Below are positions 9,539-19,901 of a stretch of 64,000 nt of DNA, in pieces. Below the pieces are notes generated by a model. That model did not search any database. It saw only the letters and a list, made by a program, of their open reading frames with translations, and was not told where the DNA came from. Numbering within the stretch: the first letter of the stretch is position 1; every line of letters begins with the position of its first letter. The stretch comes from a virus (taxonomy: Duplodnaviria > Heunggongvirae > Uroviricota > Caudoviricetes): positions 10,492 to 74,491 of IMG/VR virus record IMGVR_UViG_3300042868_003052; one strand, written 5' to 3'. Position numbers and translations under genes: made by a program.

Positions 9539-10032
9539 AAACTTATAAAAACTTTAGAGAGCTATATACTGGCTGGCAAGCTGGTGGTGTACCTCTTTGT
9601 GTGCTACAAGAAATGGCCATAGCACAACTAGGGTTGATTGATATTGTAGTGCCGCAAGGTATTGCACCATCTGTATCTCAGATTGAAGCCATTTTAAAAG
9701 ACTCTACAGAACCTCAAGAGTTCATGTATGAGCTAGGGGGTGATGTACACATCTGTGAGAACGAAGAAGACCTCAAGCAAATTGAAGGTGTTGACTTCGA
9801 GTGGGCTAAACAGCACAATGATAAGTGGCCTAATGCTACAGATCAAGGTATGTCTTGGGACTGCTGTGACTATGTCCTAAGTTCACGAAGCACAGGATGG
9901 GTAATCTTCTTATTGTGTACCAACAATGCTGGTGGACATACCTACTATGTTCCAGAGGCTCTGTGGCCTGCAGCAAGAGTGCTAGAGCACACCCGAAGCT
10001 CTGACACACCGTGGGGACACGCCAGTGCATGA
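9526..10032 (+). CDS. hypothetical protein
   Basis: 168-aa ORF. Alternative start ATG at 9535 overlaps the RNAP stop. Confidence 0.35.
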   Translation: MFRMKTYKNFRELYTGWQAGGVPLCVLQEMAIAQLGLIDIVVPQGIAPSVSQIEAILKDSTEPQEFMYELGGDVHICENEEDLKQIEGVDFEWAKQHNDKWPNATDQGMSWDCCDYVLSSRSTGWVIFLLCTNNAGGHTYYVPEALWPAARVLEHTRSSDTPWGHASA

Positions 10033-10083
10033 TACTCGAAAACTTTAGTAGACATACTAAGTTATTCACGTTATTGCTTATTC

Positions 10084-10104
10084 AAGCCCGTTAATTTAAC
10101 CCTC
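10084..10104 (+). promoter_or_regulatory. phage-specific promoter-like element, copy 2 (AAGCCCGTTAATTTAACCCTCA)
   Basis: Conserved element upstream of the SSB gene. TTAACCCTCA is identical to 10 nt of the T3 promoter. Confidence 0.55.
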
Positions 10105-10146
10105 AAAATGAGGGCGTCATCTCTTTTTAAATCAAGGAAAATTCAA

Positions 10147-10710
10147 ATGGCTATCATCAAAGACTGTGAACTGTGGTTCGTTAAAGCTGACCCAAAGCGT
10201 CCAAGCAACAAGTTCAATAAAGAAAACCCAACTTGGGAAACTCAAATCCGTACGACTTCTAAAGAAGTTAAGAAGTACTGGGAATCTCTCGGTTTGGCAG
10301 CTAAGGCTGTTGTACCTGACGAAGGTGCTCCATACTTCCGTGTCAACCTTCGCAAGAAGTCCATCAAGAACGATGGCGAACGCGCATCACCTGTCAAGGT
10401 TGTGAACGGTCACTTGGAAGATATCGATCCTAATACGATCGGTAACGGCTCTATTGGTCATGTTCGCATCTTCCAATACGAGTATGAGAAAGCAACTGGT
10501 GGCAAGGGTATTGCCAACGTGCTCATGGGTATCCAAGTTACAAAGCATATTGTCTACACTGCAAAAGCACGAGATGACGATTTCGGTATGACCGACAGCG
10601 AGACTATCAATCCTGAAGACGATGGTGATGATGCTCTAGCTGCTGTTTCTACACCGGCTGTTAAGACGCCAGTTGTCGACGTTAACAAGCGTCCTGACTC
10701 TGACTTCTAA
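10147..10710 (+). CDS. single-stranded DNA-binding protein, T7 gp2.5-like
   Basis: Start at internal ATG with RBS caaggaaa. Acidic C-terminal tail ending DSDF, as in gp2.5 (terminal Phe). OB-fold-like body. Confidence 0.6.
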   Translation: MAIIKDCELWFVKADPKRPSNKFNKENPTWETQIRTTSKEVKKYWESLGLAAKAVVPDEGAPYFRVNLRKKSIKNDGERASPVKVVNGHLEDIDPNTIGNGSIGHVRIFQYEYEKATGGKGIANVLMGIQVTKHIVYTAKARDDDFGMTDSETINPEDDGDDALAAVSTPAVKTPVVDVNKRPDSDF

Positions 10711-10769
10711 TAACACGTAACCCTAGGGCTACTCTGAAAAGGGTAGCCCTAAAAATTGAAAGGTCTGAC

Positions 10770-11450
10770 ATGCGATTTTCTTACACAATATTCAAAGATG
10801 ACGGTACAACCGATCAACCTGTTCGTGTTAATTTGACAACACGACATGAAGAGATTTCAGCTGATGCTTACACGCATCCGTTCTACGTGGAGATTTCTGA
10901 CAACCTCTACACAGGCCGCCCTCCAACAATTATTAAGTCTGCCGATGATTGGGAAGGCTGGATTGTTGGTCGTGAGCGTGCAGAGGCTTGGAAGCCTTTT
11001 GAGGAGGCTGGTATTACGATTAAGTCTGATTACCGTCGCCCTCTTACGCAACCTATTGGCACGGTAGAGCTTAAGCCTGTTGATGGTAACTTGAAGACTC
11101 TTGCAGCACTTGGTAAACCAGGTATCTCTGCAGTACCGCCTATCGCATTCTTTGCAATGGGCGCTGCTATGCAAGATGGTGTCAATAAATACGAAAAGTA
11201 CAACTGGCGTGAAGCTGGTGCTACCGTTTCTGTGTTTGTAGACGCAATGGGTCGACATTTGCTTGCTTACTACGCTGGTGAAGACCATGCCTCAGATAGT
11301 AAACTGCACCATCTGGCGCACTTGATGGCTGGTTGTGCTATCTTGCTTGATGCAGAGCTACATGGTAAGCTGAATGATGATCGATTGGCTGGCAACATTG
11401 ACCCAGAGGTTATCAAACAATTCATGAAATTGATTAAGAAAGAGTCTTGA
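10770..11450 (+). CDS. protein with dATP/dGTP diphosphohydrolase N-terminal-like domain
   Basis: KYEKYNWREAG..VDAMGRHLLAYYAGEDHASDSKLHHLAHLMAGCAILL resembles the phage dGTP_diPhyd_N family, recalled from memory. Confidence 0.35.
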   Translation: MRFSYTIFKDDGTTDQPVRVNLTTRHEEISADAYTHPFYVEISDNLYTGRPPTIIKSADDWEGWIVGRERAEAWKPFEEAGITIKSDYRRPLTQPIGTVELKPVDGNLKTLAALGKPGISAVPPIAFFAMGAAMQDGVNKYEKYNWREAGATVSVFVDAMGRHLLAYYAGEDHASDSKLHHLAHLMAGCAILLDAELHGKLNDDRLAGNIDPEVIKQFMKLIKKES

Positions 11451-13405
11451 CAATGGCTGGCAAATTTGTGTTTGACATTGAGACTGACGGTCTACTCCAT
11501 CAGTGTACGCGTATGTGGATCATGACTGTGTATGATCTTGATACTGCAAAGAGCTACGAGTTTCTTGAAGGTGACTTAGGTTGGAAAGAGTTATTTGATA
11601 ATGCTGATGAAATCATCGGACATCACATCATTGGCTTTGACTTGCTTGTGTTGAAAAAATTGTTCGGCTACTCACTACCTACACGTGTAAAAGTCAAAGA
11701 CACTTTGATTATGTCACAAGTGACTGACTACAAGCGCTTTGGTAACGATGGTCACAGTTTAGACCGTTGGGGTCAATACCTCGGTATCAAGAAACCTGAG
11801 CATGAAGACTGGTCACAGTTCTCTGAAGGGATGCGTGTACGTAACCAACAAGACGTTGTAATTAACGTTGAAGTGTATCGTACTGTGCTTGAAGACTACT
11901 TCGCAATCTTTGATAAGAGTCCAAAAATCAAACACTACATGGCTGCTGAGCACGCTGCTGCAAAGTGGTGTGCTGAAGCTTGTCTACAGGGCTGGCCATT
12001 TGATCTGGAAGCTGCACGTAAGCTGTACGAAGACCTTGAAGCGCAAATGCAAACAGCATATGATGCCCTATCTGCAAGACTGGGTATGAAGTGTGTTGTT
12101 GAAGACCGCGTCAAAGGTATCGTAGAAGTCAAATCGCCCAAGTGGACAAAAGCAGGCTTTTATGCTGCTCATACTGCCAACTGGTTTGAGATAGACCCAT
12201 GCTCTGGGTTCCAAGGTGAGGAACGTCCAATCGTAGGTGACTTCTGTCGCGTGTCTTTCAAAGACCTGTCGCTGGATTCTGTTGCCGATGTGAAAATCTT
12301 CCTGTATCGTAACGGATGGGTTCCTACTGAGTACAACTACAAAGTAGACCCTGCTACTGGCAAGAAAGTACAAGGTGCTCCAAAGATCACTGAAGACAGT
12401 CTTGAATTCCTTGGTGGTGATGGTAAACTCTACACTGAGTTTCTGACATCTAAATCCCGACACGGTATCTTGAAGACTTGGGTTGAGAACACAGATGCTA
12501 ATGGTATGTTACACGGTGACTGCATGGTTATCGGTACACCGAGTATGCGTGCTCGACACAACATCATTGTCAATGTGCCTTCTGCTGATAGCAAGTGGGG
12601 TCCAGAAATGCGACGCCTGTTTACTTGTAAGCCTGGATGGAAGTTGATTGGTTGTGACTCTGCAGGTAATCAGGCTCGTGGTCTTGCTCACTATTTAGGT
12701 GACCCTGGCTTCATTGACACATTGCTTAATGGTGACATCCACAACTATAACGCAGATAAGTTGTCTGAAGTGCTAATTGGAATGCTTGTTCAGTTCCCTA
12801 AACTGATCGGGTTGTACAATGAGTACATGAAGGCCAACTATACAGACGAAGAGCGTAAGACGATCACACAACCTATCAAGGTAAAGCGTGGTCATGCTAA
12901 GCGTATTCTGTATGCGTTCTTGTTTGGTGCATCTGGTAGTAAACTTTGGAGCTATGTCTTTGGAAATCTAGATGATAAGCACGGCAAGGTACTGAAAGCT
13001 GGCTTCCTGAAAGCTGTCCCTGGATTTGCAGACTTGATCAAGAAGCTTGAGAACATTTATGGTAAGACCTCACAGAATGGAGACGGATATATCCCCTCTA
13101 TTGCAGGTAACCGAATCTACGTAGATTCATTCCATAAACTCTTGGTGTACTTGCTACAGTCCGCAGAGAAAGTAACTTGCTCAGCTGCACTTATGCTTGC
13201 TGCAGAGCGAATGACAGCTGCAGGAATTCCTTACATTCCTTGTATCTTCTATCACGATGAGATTGACTTTCAAGTGCCTGAAGAATTTGCAGAGCAAGCT
13301 GCTGCAATCGGTAAGCAAGCCTTCGTTGATGGTCCGAAACTATTCGGTATTGAAATCATGGATGGTGACGCTAAAATTGGTGTTAACTGGATGGAAGTCC
13401 ACTAA
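11447..13405 (+). CDS. family A DNA polymerase with 3'-5' exonuclease domain (T7 gp5-like)
   Basis: Exo I motif FVFDIETDG. Pol motif YHDEIDFQVPEE. 652 aa. Confidence 0.85.
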   Translation: MTMAGKFVFDIETDGLLHQCTRMWIMTVYDLDTAKSYEFLEGDLGWKELFDNADEIIGHHIIGFDLLVLKKLFGYSLPTRVKVKDTLIMSQVTDYKRFGNDGHSLDRWGQYLGIKKPEHEDWSQFSEGMRVRNQQDVVINVEVYRTVLEDYFAIFDKSPKIKHYMAAEHAAAKWCAEACLQGWPFDLEAARKLYEDLEAQMQTAYDALSARLGMKCVVEDRVKGIVEVKSPKWTKAGFYAAHTANWFEIDPCSGFQGEERPIVGDFCRVSFKDLSLDSVADVKIFLYRNGWVPTEYNYKVDPATGKKVQGAPKITEDSLEFLGGDGKLYTEFLTSKSRHGILKTWVENTDANGMLHGDCMVIGTPSMRARHNIIVNVPSADSKWGPEMRRLFTCKPGWKLIGCDSAGNQARGLAHYLGDPGFIDTLLNGDIHNYNADKLSEVLIGMLVQFPKLIGLYNEYMKANYTDEERKTITQPIKVKRGHAKRILYAFLFGASGSKLWSYVFGNLDDKHGKVLKAGFLKAVPGFADLIKKLENIYGKTSQNGDGYIPSIAGNRIYVDSFHKLLVYLLQSAEKVTCSAALMLAAERMTAAGIPYIPCIFYHDEIDFQVPEEFAEQAAAIGKQAFVDGPKLFGIEIMDGDAKIGVNWMEVH

Positions 13406-13417
13406 GAAAGGTCTGTT

Positions 13418-13627
13418 ATGTTTGGTATTAAAGTTTGTTTCAAAGAGCGCGGCTACTGGTCAAAAGCTTACACTTACAAGTCTGAGACTGCGATTGACAA
13501 AGGTGCTGTTGTAGTTGTACCGACCGGTGACTTCTACAGTATTGGTAAGGTTGTTGAGTCGATTGAGAATTACGACTTTACAGGCTCTATCAATTACAAG
13601 CCAATCCACTCAGTCGTTAAAGTCTAA
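13418..13627 (+). CDS. hypothetical protein
   Basis: 69-aa ORF after the DNAP gene. Confidence 0.3.
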   Translation: MFGIKVCFKERGYWSKAYTYKSETAIDKGAVVVVPTGDFYSIGKVVESIENYDFTGSINYKPIHSVVKV

Positions 13628-13658
13628 CAAGAAAGGAGACCGCCTTCGGGCGGTTACC

Positions 13659-13970
13659 ATGAACATTGTCCAATACCTATTTGTGTGTCTTTCCGAAGAG
13701 CTGGCTGAGGTCTCTCAAGAAATCGGTAAGTGTCAACGTTTCACACCACACCACAAACCTGACTGTTACGACACAACAAACATTGAACGAGTCCAACTCG
13801 AAATGGCTGATGTGTATGCAATCTCTCAGCTGCTTAGCGAGAACGGTATCTTCACAGGTATTATCATTCCACCTGAGCTGTCTGGCGCTATGCTGGCACG
13901 TATGGTTGAAAAGAAAGCACGAACCTTGCACTTCATGGGTATCTCAAAAGAGATGGGAGTACTTTCATGA
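13659..13970 (+). CDS. MazG-like nucleotide pyrophosphohydrolase (all-alpha NTP-PPase)
   Basis: LSEELAEVSQEIGK ... EMADVYAISQLL matches the MazG EExxE..D pattern. Start chosen at ATG 13659. RBS aaaggag is separated from the ATG by a UUCG-tetraloop hairpin. Confidence 0.45.
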   Translation: MNIVQYLFVCLSEELAEVSQEIGKCQRFTPHHKPDCYDTTNIERVQLEMADVYAISQLLSENGIFTGIIIPPELSGAMLARMVEKKARTLHFMGISKEMGVLS

Positions 13971-14785
13971 CACTGGCAATCATTGATGGTGACGTGTTGT
14001 GTTATCATGCTTGCAAACCTCGCTGGGAAAAGAAAGCGCGAATCAAAGATGATGTGTCTTTTGTAAGTCTTGACGACGATGGTAAGCGCATGGCTTTCGA
14101 ATATACACCAGAAGAAGATCAAGAGTACTTGATGGAAAGCTGGGAGAACTTGAAGAAAGACCTGCAAACGCTACTAGATACAGTCTATGCAACTGAATTC
14201 ATCATGGCTGTAAAAGGTCCGGATAATTTCAGGAATGCAATGTATCCAGAGTACAAGCTTAATCGACACGCAGACCCTACTAAGCAAAACTCCTTTGTGC
14301 CAACCTTGCGAAAGCTTGCTGTCAAAGAAGACCTTGCTATTGAGTCTGATGGTCGAGAGGCTGATGATCTAATCCGAATCTGGGCTGAACAAGCTAGAGA
14401 AGCTGGTGATGACTTTGTAATCTGTTCTGTCGACAAGGACTTGAAGTGCATCCCAGGTAAGCATTTTCTGATGCACAAAAAAGAGCTAATCATCGTTGAC
14501 GAAGCCTTGGCTACCCGCTTTTACTATGAACAACTTTTGAAAGGTGACCCAACGGATAATATCCCTGGTGTGCCTAGAGTAGGTGAAGTTAAGGCAACAA
14601 AATTGCTTGCTGACCTTACTACTGAAGAGGAGTTTCAAGAGGCTGTTGTTGCTGCATACATTGCGGCTTATGATGATGAATGGTATGAGTATCTACTGTC
14701 AAACGGTAAGATGATCTACCTTCAAAAGGATCCAAGTGATTATTTCAAAATATCTGACTGGCCTGTCGTAAAAAGCCTTTTGTGA
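13967..14785 (+). CDS. 5'-3' exonuclease / flap endonuclease (T7 gp6-like)
   Basis: N-terminal acidic cluster IIDGDVLCY and position between DNAP and primase-helicase, as in T7. Confidence 0.55.
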   Translation: MTLAIIDGDVLCYHACKPRWEKKARIKDDVSFVSLDDDGKRMAFEYTPEEDQEYLMESWENLKKDLQTLLDTVYATEFIMAVKGPDNFRNAMYPEYKLNRHADPTKQNSFVPTLRKLAVKEDLAIESDGREADDLIRIWAEQAREAGDDFVICSVDKDLKCIPGKHFLMHKKELIIVDEALATRFYYEQLLKGDPTDNIPGVPRVGEVKATKLLADLTTEEEFQEAVVAAYIAAYDDEWYEYLLSNGKMIYLQKDPSDYFKISDWPVVKSLL

Positions 14786-14827
14786 CTCAGTGATACGTGT
14801 TATCGTGAAGTCATTAAAAGGAGTGAT

Positions 14828-15313
14828 ATGAAATTTACAGGAATAATTCCTGCAGCACCGTCTATTGTCAAGTCCACAAAATTTGATAATGGTCACTGGT
14901 TGTTTCCAGAGCAGCTCGGTAATGGAGTAGGTTTCATCTACGTCATCCGTGATCTTGAACTTAAACGTTGTTACTTAGGTAAGAAGCAGTTTGTTGGTGC
15001 TGGAAAGCTTAACAAAGGTAAAGAGTCTAATTGGAAGAAATACACATCTTCCTCTAAGGTTCTTGCAGAACTTCTTAAGCAACGACCGAAAGAAGAGTTT
15101 GAGTTCATTGCTCTTGAGCAGTATCAAACTAAAGGTACCTTGTCTTATTCGGAGACTTGGTCTTTGTGCTTGGTAGAGGCACCTACCAGTAAGCTATGGT
15201 ATAACACGTTGATTGAGAAAGTCACGTGGAATGTCAGAGAACCAATTTCAGATCGACATAAAGAGCGACTTAATAAAGTCATCAATTGGGAGTCTTTTAA
15301 CGAGACTCTCTAA
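14828..15313 (+). CDS. putative GIY-YIG homing endonuclease
   Basis: GFIYVIRDLELKRCYLGKK resembles the GIY..YIG motif. Free-standing ORF inserted in the replication module. Confidence 0.45.
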   Translation: MKFTGIIPAAPSIVKSTKFDNGHWLFPEQLGNGVGFIYVIRDLELKRCYLGKKQFVGAGKLNKGKESNWKKYTSSSKVLAELLKQRPKEEFEFIALEQYQTKGTLSYSETWSLCLVEAPTSKLWYNTLIEKVTWNVREPISDRHKERLNKVINWESFNETL

Positions 15314-15322
15314 CTATAGGAG

Positions 15323-16963
15323 ATGTCTATGGCTAAATTGCTGAATGGCAAGTACGCCTGTAAAAATCCTGAATGTAAGTCTCATGATGCAAGACGTCTA
15401 TACGATGATGGGACTTCATTTTGTTTCTCATGTACTACATTTTTCCCAAAAGGCGAAGGAGATGAAATGCAAGCAGAATCTAAAGCACCAGACTTCTTTA
15501 AGCCTAAGGTGTCTGTAGATCAGATCAATAAATACCCTTCACGAGGTTTTAAAGATCGATCGATTACCAAGGATGTTGCTGAGTTCTTTGGTGTTAAAGT
15601 GTCGTATGGTGATGACGGTGAGATTGATACTCACTACTACCCCTACGATGCAGGTGCAGCTTATAAGGTGCGAAAGCTACCTAAAGAGTTTACTTGGGTT
15701 AATAAATCAGCTGGTCTCTTTGGTAAAGAGAAATTTGGTGGCGGTGGTAAGCGTCTGATCATCTGCGAGGGTGAGATTGATGCAATGAGTGTTGCACAAG
15801 CCTCAATGGATAAGTACAAGAAGATTTATCCTGTTGTTGCAATATCCTCGTCAGTGATGACTAAGTCTATTCTCGAAGATCGAGACTGGATCAGGTCTTT
15901 CAAAGAAGTCATTTTGTGCTTTGATGATGATGATGCCGGACATAAAGCTACCGAAGAAGCAATCAAGATCGTTGGTATTGATAAGGTAAAACTTATCAAG
16001 CTTCCTGAGAATGATGCTAACGATACGCTCCGCAAGCATGGCTCTCAGGTTCTTCTGAACTGTGTGTTTGATGCAGCTGCGTATGTACCTTCCGGCATTA
16101 TCACCAAAGAAGCTCTCTGGGACGCTCTTGTTGAGTACAACAATACACCTTCTGTACCTTACCCTAGCTGCATTGGTGGCTTGAACTCAAAGACTAAAGG
16201 TGCAAGACTAGGTGAGATTGCATTGTTTGTGTCTGGTACGTCTTGTGGTAAGTCCACCATCATGCGTGAAATCATGCTTCATATGGCAGAGAATACGCCT
16301 GACAGGGTTGGTGTAGTATCACTTGAAGAGGCACCAGCCGAGACTGCAAGAAAACTTTCTGGCATGGCACTTAACAAGAACCCTGCTGAAGTTGAAATAC
16401 CACTCGATGAATTGAAAGTTGGCTTCGATAAAGTCTTTGCATCAGATAAGTTTGTAGTGCTTGATCACCAAGGTAGTCTTAAAGATGAGACAATTCTTGA
16501 CAAGATTGAGTACATGGCACTCTCTGGTTGTAAGTACATCATCATTGACCACATCACCATTCTGGTATCAGAAGGCTCTGATGGTTTGACAGGCAATGAA
16601 GCTATTGACAAGATCATGAATGACTTGCTGCGCTTCGTTAAGCGTCACAATGTTTGGATTGGCCTTGTGTCTCACTTGCGAAAGACTACCACTGGTGGTA
16701 AAGCTTTTGAAGAGGGTAAAATGCCGAACCTTGATGACATCAAGGGTTCAGGTTCAATCAAACAAGTTTCATTTGATATTATTGCATTTGCGAGAAATCT
16801 GATGGAACCTGATGTCAAAAAGCGAAATACAATTGAGATGGCCGTATTGAAATGCCGTTACACCGGTCTTACAGGTGGCGTGTCTGGAGCTTACTATGAT
16901 TATTCCACTGGAAGATTCAAAGAAGCTGAAGACGCTGTGTCTGAAGATTTTGTTACTGTTTGA
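15323..16963 (+). CDS. primase-helicase (T7 gp4-like: Zn-ribbon, TOPRIM, DnaB-family helicase)
   Basis: Zn ribbon CKNPECKSH..CFSC. TOPRIM region LIICEGEIDAMS..DDDDAG. Walker A GTSCGKST. Walker B IIIDHI. Confidence 0.85.
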   Translation: MSMAKLLNGKYACKNPECKSHDARRLYDDGTSFCFSCTTFFPKGEGDEMQAESKAPDFFKPKVSVDQINKYPSRGFKDRSITKDVAEFFGVKVSYGDDGEIDTHYYPYDAGAAYKVRKLPKEFTWVNKSAGLFGKEKFGGGGKRLIICEGEIDAMSVAQASMDKYKKIYPVVAISSSVMTKSILEDRDWIRSFKEVILCFDDDDAGHKATEEAIKIVGIDKVKLIKLPENDANDTLRKHGSQVLLNCVFDAAAYVPSGIITKEALWDALVEYNNTPSVPYPSCIGGLNSKTKGARLGEIALFVSGTSCGKSTIMREIMLHMAENTPDRVGVVSLEEAPAETARKLSGMALNKNPAEVEIPLDELKVGFDKVFASDKFVVLDHQGSLKDETILDKIEYMALSGCKYIIIDHITILVSEGSDGLTGNEAIDKIMNDLLRFVKRHNVWIGLVSHLRKTTTGGKAFEEGKMPNLDDIKGSGSIKQVSFDIIAFARNLMEPDVKKRNTIEMAVLKCRYTGLTGGVSGAYYDYSTGRFKEAEDAVSEDFVTV

Positions 16964-16972
16964 AAGGTTTGA

Positions 16973-18748
16973 ATGATTAATAAGAATGCTGTCAAGGTTG
17001 ATTACTCTCGTGACTCTCTCTTTGATGAGATGGGTTTACGACGCCTCAACGATTCGTATATGCGAAAAGGCGAGAAGTCACCACAAGACCGTTTCTCATA
17101 TGTAGCTCGTGCGCTAGGTAGTAATGCAGAGCACGCTCAGCGTCTCTACGATTACGCAAGCAAGCACTGGTTGTCCTTTAGCACACCTATTCTCTCTTAC
17201 GGCACTAGTAAGCGTGGCCTCCCTATTTCCTGCTACTTGTCTTACATTGATGATTCAGCGGAAGGTCTGGTAGACACGTTGTCTGAAGTCTGCTGGCTGT
17301 CTATGCTTGGTGGCGGTGTTGGTATCGGTGTCGGTATCCGCAGTGAAGATGACAAGTCTGTTGGTGTGATGCCTCACTTGAAAGTCTACGAAACATCTTC
17401 TTTGGCGTATCGTCAAGGCAAGACACGTCGTGGTTCTTTTGCAGCTTACTTACCTATCAACCACCCGAACATTGTGCAGTTCATGGACATGCGAAAGCCT
17501 ACAGGTGACACCAACCAACGCTGCTTAGAGTTGCATCACGGTATCAACATCACAGATGATTTCATGGAAATTATCGAACGCTGTATGAAAGATGAAAACG
17601 CTGACGATAGCTGGCCACTCGTCGATCCACATAGCGGTGTGACGAAAGAAGTAGTCTCTGCACGACAGTTGTGGGAATCTATTCTTGAGACTCGCATGCG
17701 AACAGGTGAGCCTTACATCCACTTCATTGATGCAAGTAACCGTGGCCTACCAGAGTTCCAGAAGAAGCTTGGTCTGTCTGTAAAGCAGTCTAACATCTGT
17801 ACTGAGATTACTCTCGCTACTGATGCGCTGCGAACTGCTGTCTGTTGCTTGTCTTCACCCAACCTTGAATATTGGGATGAGTGGAAAGACAACTATCAGT
17901 TCTACAAAGATGTTGCTGAGTTACTTGACAACGCTCTTGAGCTGTTCATCAAGAAAGCCCCTAAGCAAGTCAAGCGTGCTGTGTACAGTGCAATGCGAGA
18001 GCGTGCTATCGGTATTGGTGCTCTTGGCTTCCACGCTTTGTTGCAGCAAAAAGGTATTCCATTTGAGTCAGCACTTGCAGTCTCTTTGAACAAACAAATC
18101 TTCAGCAAGTACGAGAAGTATTTGAAGAAGGTTAACAAAGAGCTTGCTAAAGAACGTGGTGAGTGCCCTGATGGTGAAGGTTATGGTGTCCGATTCAGTC
18201 ACATGATTTCGATTGCACCAAATGCGTCTTCATCAATCATCATGGGCAATACTTCACCTAGTATTGAACCTTTCCGTGGTAACGCCTATCGTCAAGATAC
18301 GTTGTCAGGCTCTTATCTGAACAAGAATAAGTACCTTGATCAGCTGTTGCGAAAGAAGGTTAAGTCAGAGAAGGAACTTGAGAAGATTTGGCATAGCATT
18401 ATTGCTAATGCTGGCTCTGTTCAACACCTCACTGTGCTTGACGACTATGAGAAAGACATCTTTAAGACGTTCTCTGAGATTGATCAAATTTGGATTGTTC
18501 AGCACGCAGCTGATCGTCAAAAGAATATTGATCAAGCCCAAAGCGTCAACCTTGCCTTTAAAGCTGATGCTAGTGTAGACTATCTGCACCATGTTCACTA
18601 TGAGGCTTGGAAGAAGGGTCTGAAGACTTTGTACTACTCCCGTTCAGATAAGCTTTATCATGGTGACTCCATGAACAAGAAGATTGAGCGCGTGAAGTAT
18701 GAGTTTGACAAAACTACCGAAGAAACTTGTGTTGCTTGTGAAGGATAA
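16973..18748 (+). CDS. nrdA: ribonucleotide reductase large subunit (class I, NrdA-like)
   Basis: RNR alpha-like core and C-terminal Cys pair CVACEG. Adjacent to nrdB. Confidence 0.75.
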   Translation: MINKNAVKVDYSRDSLFDEMGLRRLNDSYMRKGEKSPQDRFSYVARALGSNAEHAQRLYDYASKHWLSFSTPILSYGTSKRGLPISCYLSYIDDSAEGLVDTLSEVCWLSMLGGGVGIGVGIRSEDDKSVGVMPHLKVYETSSLAYRQGKTRRGSFAAYLPINHPNIVQFMDMRKPTGDTNQRCLELHHGINITDDFMEIIERCMKDENADDSWPLVDPHSGVTKEVVSARQLWESILETRMRTGEPYIHFIDASNRGLPEFQKKLGLSVKQSNICTEITLATDALRTAVCCLSSPNLEYWDEWKDNYQFYKDVAELLDNALELFIKKAPKQVKRAVYSAMRERAIGIGALGFHALLQQKGIPFESALAVSLNKQIFSKYEKYLKKVNKELAKERGECPDGEGYGVRFSHMISIAPNASSSIIMGNTSPSIEPFRGNAYRQDTLSGSYLNKNKYLDQLLRKKVKSEKELEKIWHSIIANAGSVQHLTVLDDYEKDIFKTFSEIDQIWIVQHAADRQKNIDQAQSVNLAFKADASVDYLHHVHYEAWKKGLKTLYYSRSDKLYHGDSMNKKIERVKYEFDKTTEETCVACEG

Positions 18749-18750
18749 TC

Positions 18751-18921
18751 ATGGATGATCGTATTGACATTGATGCTTTCATAGCGTCTGAGACAGAGCG
18801 TTTGCAACGCTTTAAAACTTTTTACGAGGCTCAAGCTGCCGCTGGTGTTGAGGGTTTTACATCCTTGAAATTAGCCGAAGGTGATTGGGTTGAGCAATAC
18901 AACATGTGGACTGAAGAATGA
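18751..18921 (+). CDS. small hypothetical protein (56 aa) between nrdA and nrdB
   Basis: ATG directly after the nrdA stop. Its stop overlaps the nrdB start (ATGA). Not in the track because it is under 60 aa. Confidence 0.25.
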   Translation: MDDRIDIDAFIASETERLQRFKTFYEAQAAAGVEGFTSLKLAEGDWVEQYNMWTEE

Positions 18922-19901
18922 CAAAAAACGTATTTGGCACAAGAGACACCTTTAAACCTTTCCACTACCCTTGGGCATATGATCTGTGGCTGTCACATGA
19001 GCAAATGCACTGGATTAGCCGAGAGGTGCCGTTGCATGAAGATGTGCGTGACTGGAACAACAAACTGACTGAGTCAGACCGTAACTTCCTGTCCAACGTG
19101 TTCTTGCTGTTCACACAGGGTGATATTGATGTGGCTAACGGTTACATCAAAGACTATCTCCCACACTTTGCACATCCTGAGATTCGCATGATGCTGCTTG
19201 GCTTTGCTGCACGTGAAGCTACACACATCGATGCCTATTCGTATCTGACAGAGACACTTGGTAAGCCTGACAGCTTCTATGGTGAATTCTTGAAGATTCC
19301 AATTATGAAAGAGAAGCATGACTTCTTCAACAAGGTGGTGAACACTGGCAAGAAGAAAGAATCGCTTCCGCTTCAGATTGCAGGTATCAGTGCATTCACT
19401 GAGGGTATGTTTTTGTTCTCATCTTTTGTGATGCTGCTGAACTATCCTCGAAATGGCATGATGAAAGGCATGGGTCAGATCGTTACTTGGTCTATTCTCG
19501 ATGAGCAAAAGCACGTAGAGGGTCTCACACATCTTTTCCGTACTGTCATCAACGAGAATAAAGCTTGGTGGACTGACGAGACAAAGGCTGAGATTTACTC
19601 TACAGCTGACATGATGACTGAGCTGGAGCTTGACTTTATTGACTATGCCTTCGCAGGTCAAGATGAGATTCATAAGCTTCGTAAAGAAGACTTGAAGCAA
19701 TACATCAAATATATTGTGGATCGTCGTCTGATTGCTCTCGGTATGAAGGGTATTCATAAGGCTAAAGAGAATCCACTGCCTTGGGTAGATGAGATGATTG
19801 CTAGCCAGAACCATGAGAACTTCTTCGAAAGTCGTGCAACTAGCTACGCTAAGGGTGCTCTGACAGGTACCTGGAGCAGCGTCTGGGGTAAATACAAGTG
19901 A
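18918..19901 (+). CDS. nrdB: ribonucleotide reductase small subunit (class I, NrdB-like, di-iron/tyrosyl radical)
   Basis: Ferritin-like iron-ligand pattern (EATH ... ExxH region). Position and length fit NrdB. Confidence 0.75.
   Translation: MTKNVFGTRDTFKPFHYPWAYDLWLSHEQMHWISREVPLHEDVRDWNNKLTESDRNFLSNVFLLFTQGDIDVANGYIKDYLPHFAHPEIRMMLLGFAAREATHIDAYSYLTETLGKPDSFYGEFLKIPIMKEKHDFFNKVVNTGKKKESLPLQIAGISAFTEGMFLFSSFVMLLNYPRNGMMKGMGQIVTWSILDEQKHVEGLTHLFRTVINENKAWWTDETKAEIYSTADMMTELELDFIDYAFAGQDEIHKLRKEDLKQYIKYIVDRRLIALGMKGIHKAKENPLPWVDEMIASQNHENFFESRATSYAKGALTGTWSSVWGKYK

Noticed and set aside
10166-10405. 79-aa + strand ORF nested in the SSB gene in another frame
   Set aside because: Fully contained in a well-supported gene. 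Basic low-complexity translation typical of an alternate frame.
10711-10769. Hairpin tagggctac..gtagcccta after the SSB gene as an intrinsic terminator
   Set aside because: The 9-bp stem is real but is followed by an A-run (aaaaatt), not a T-tract, on the coding strand. More likely an RNase III or stability element than a rho-independent terminator.
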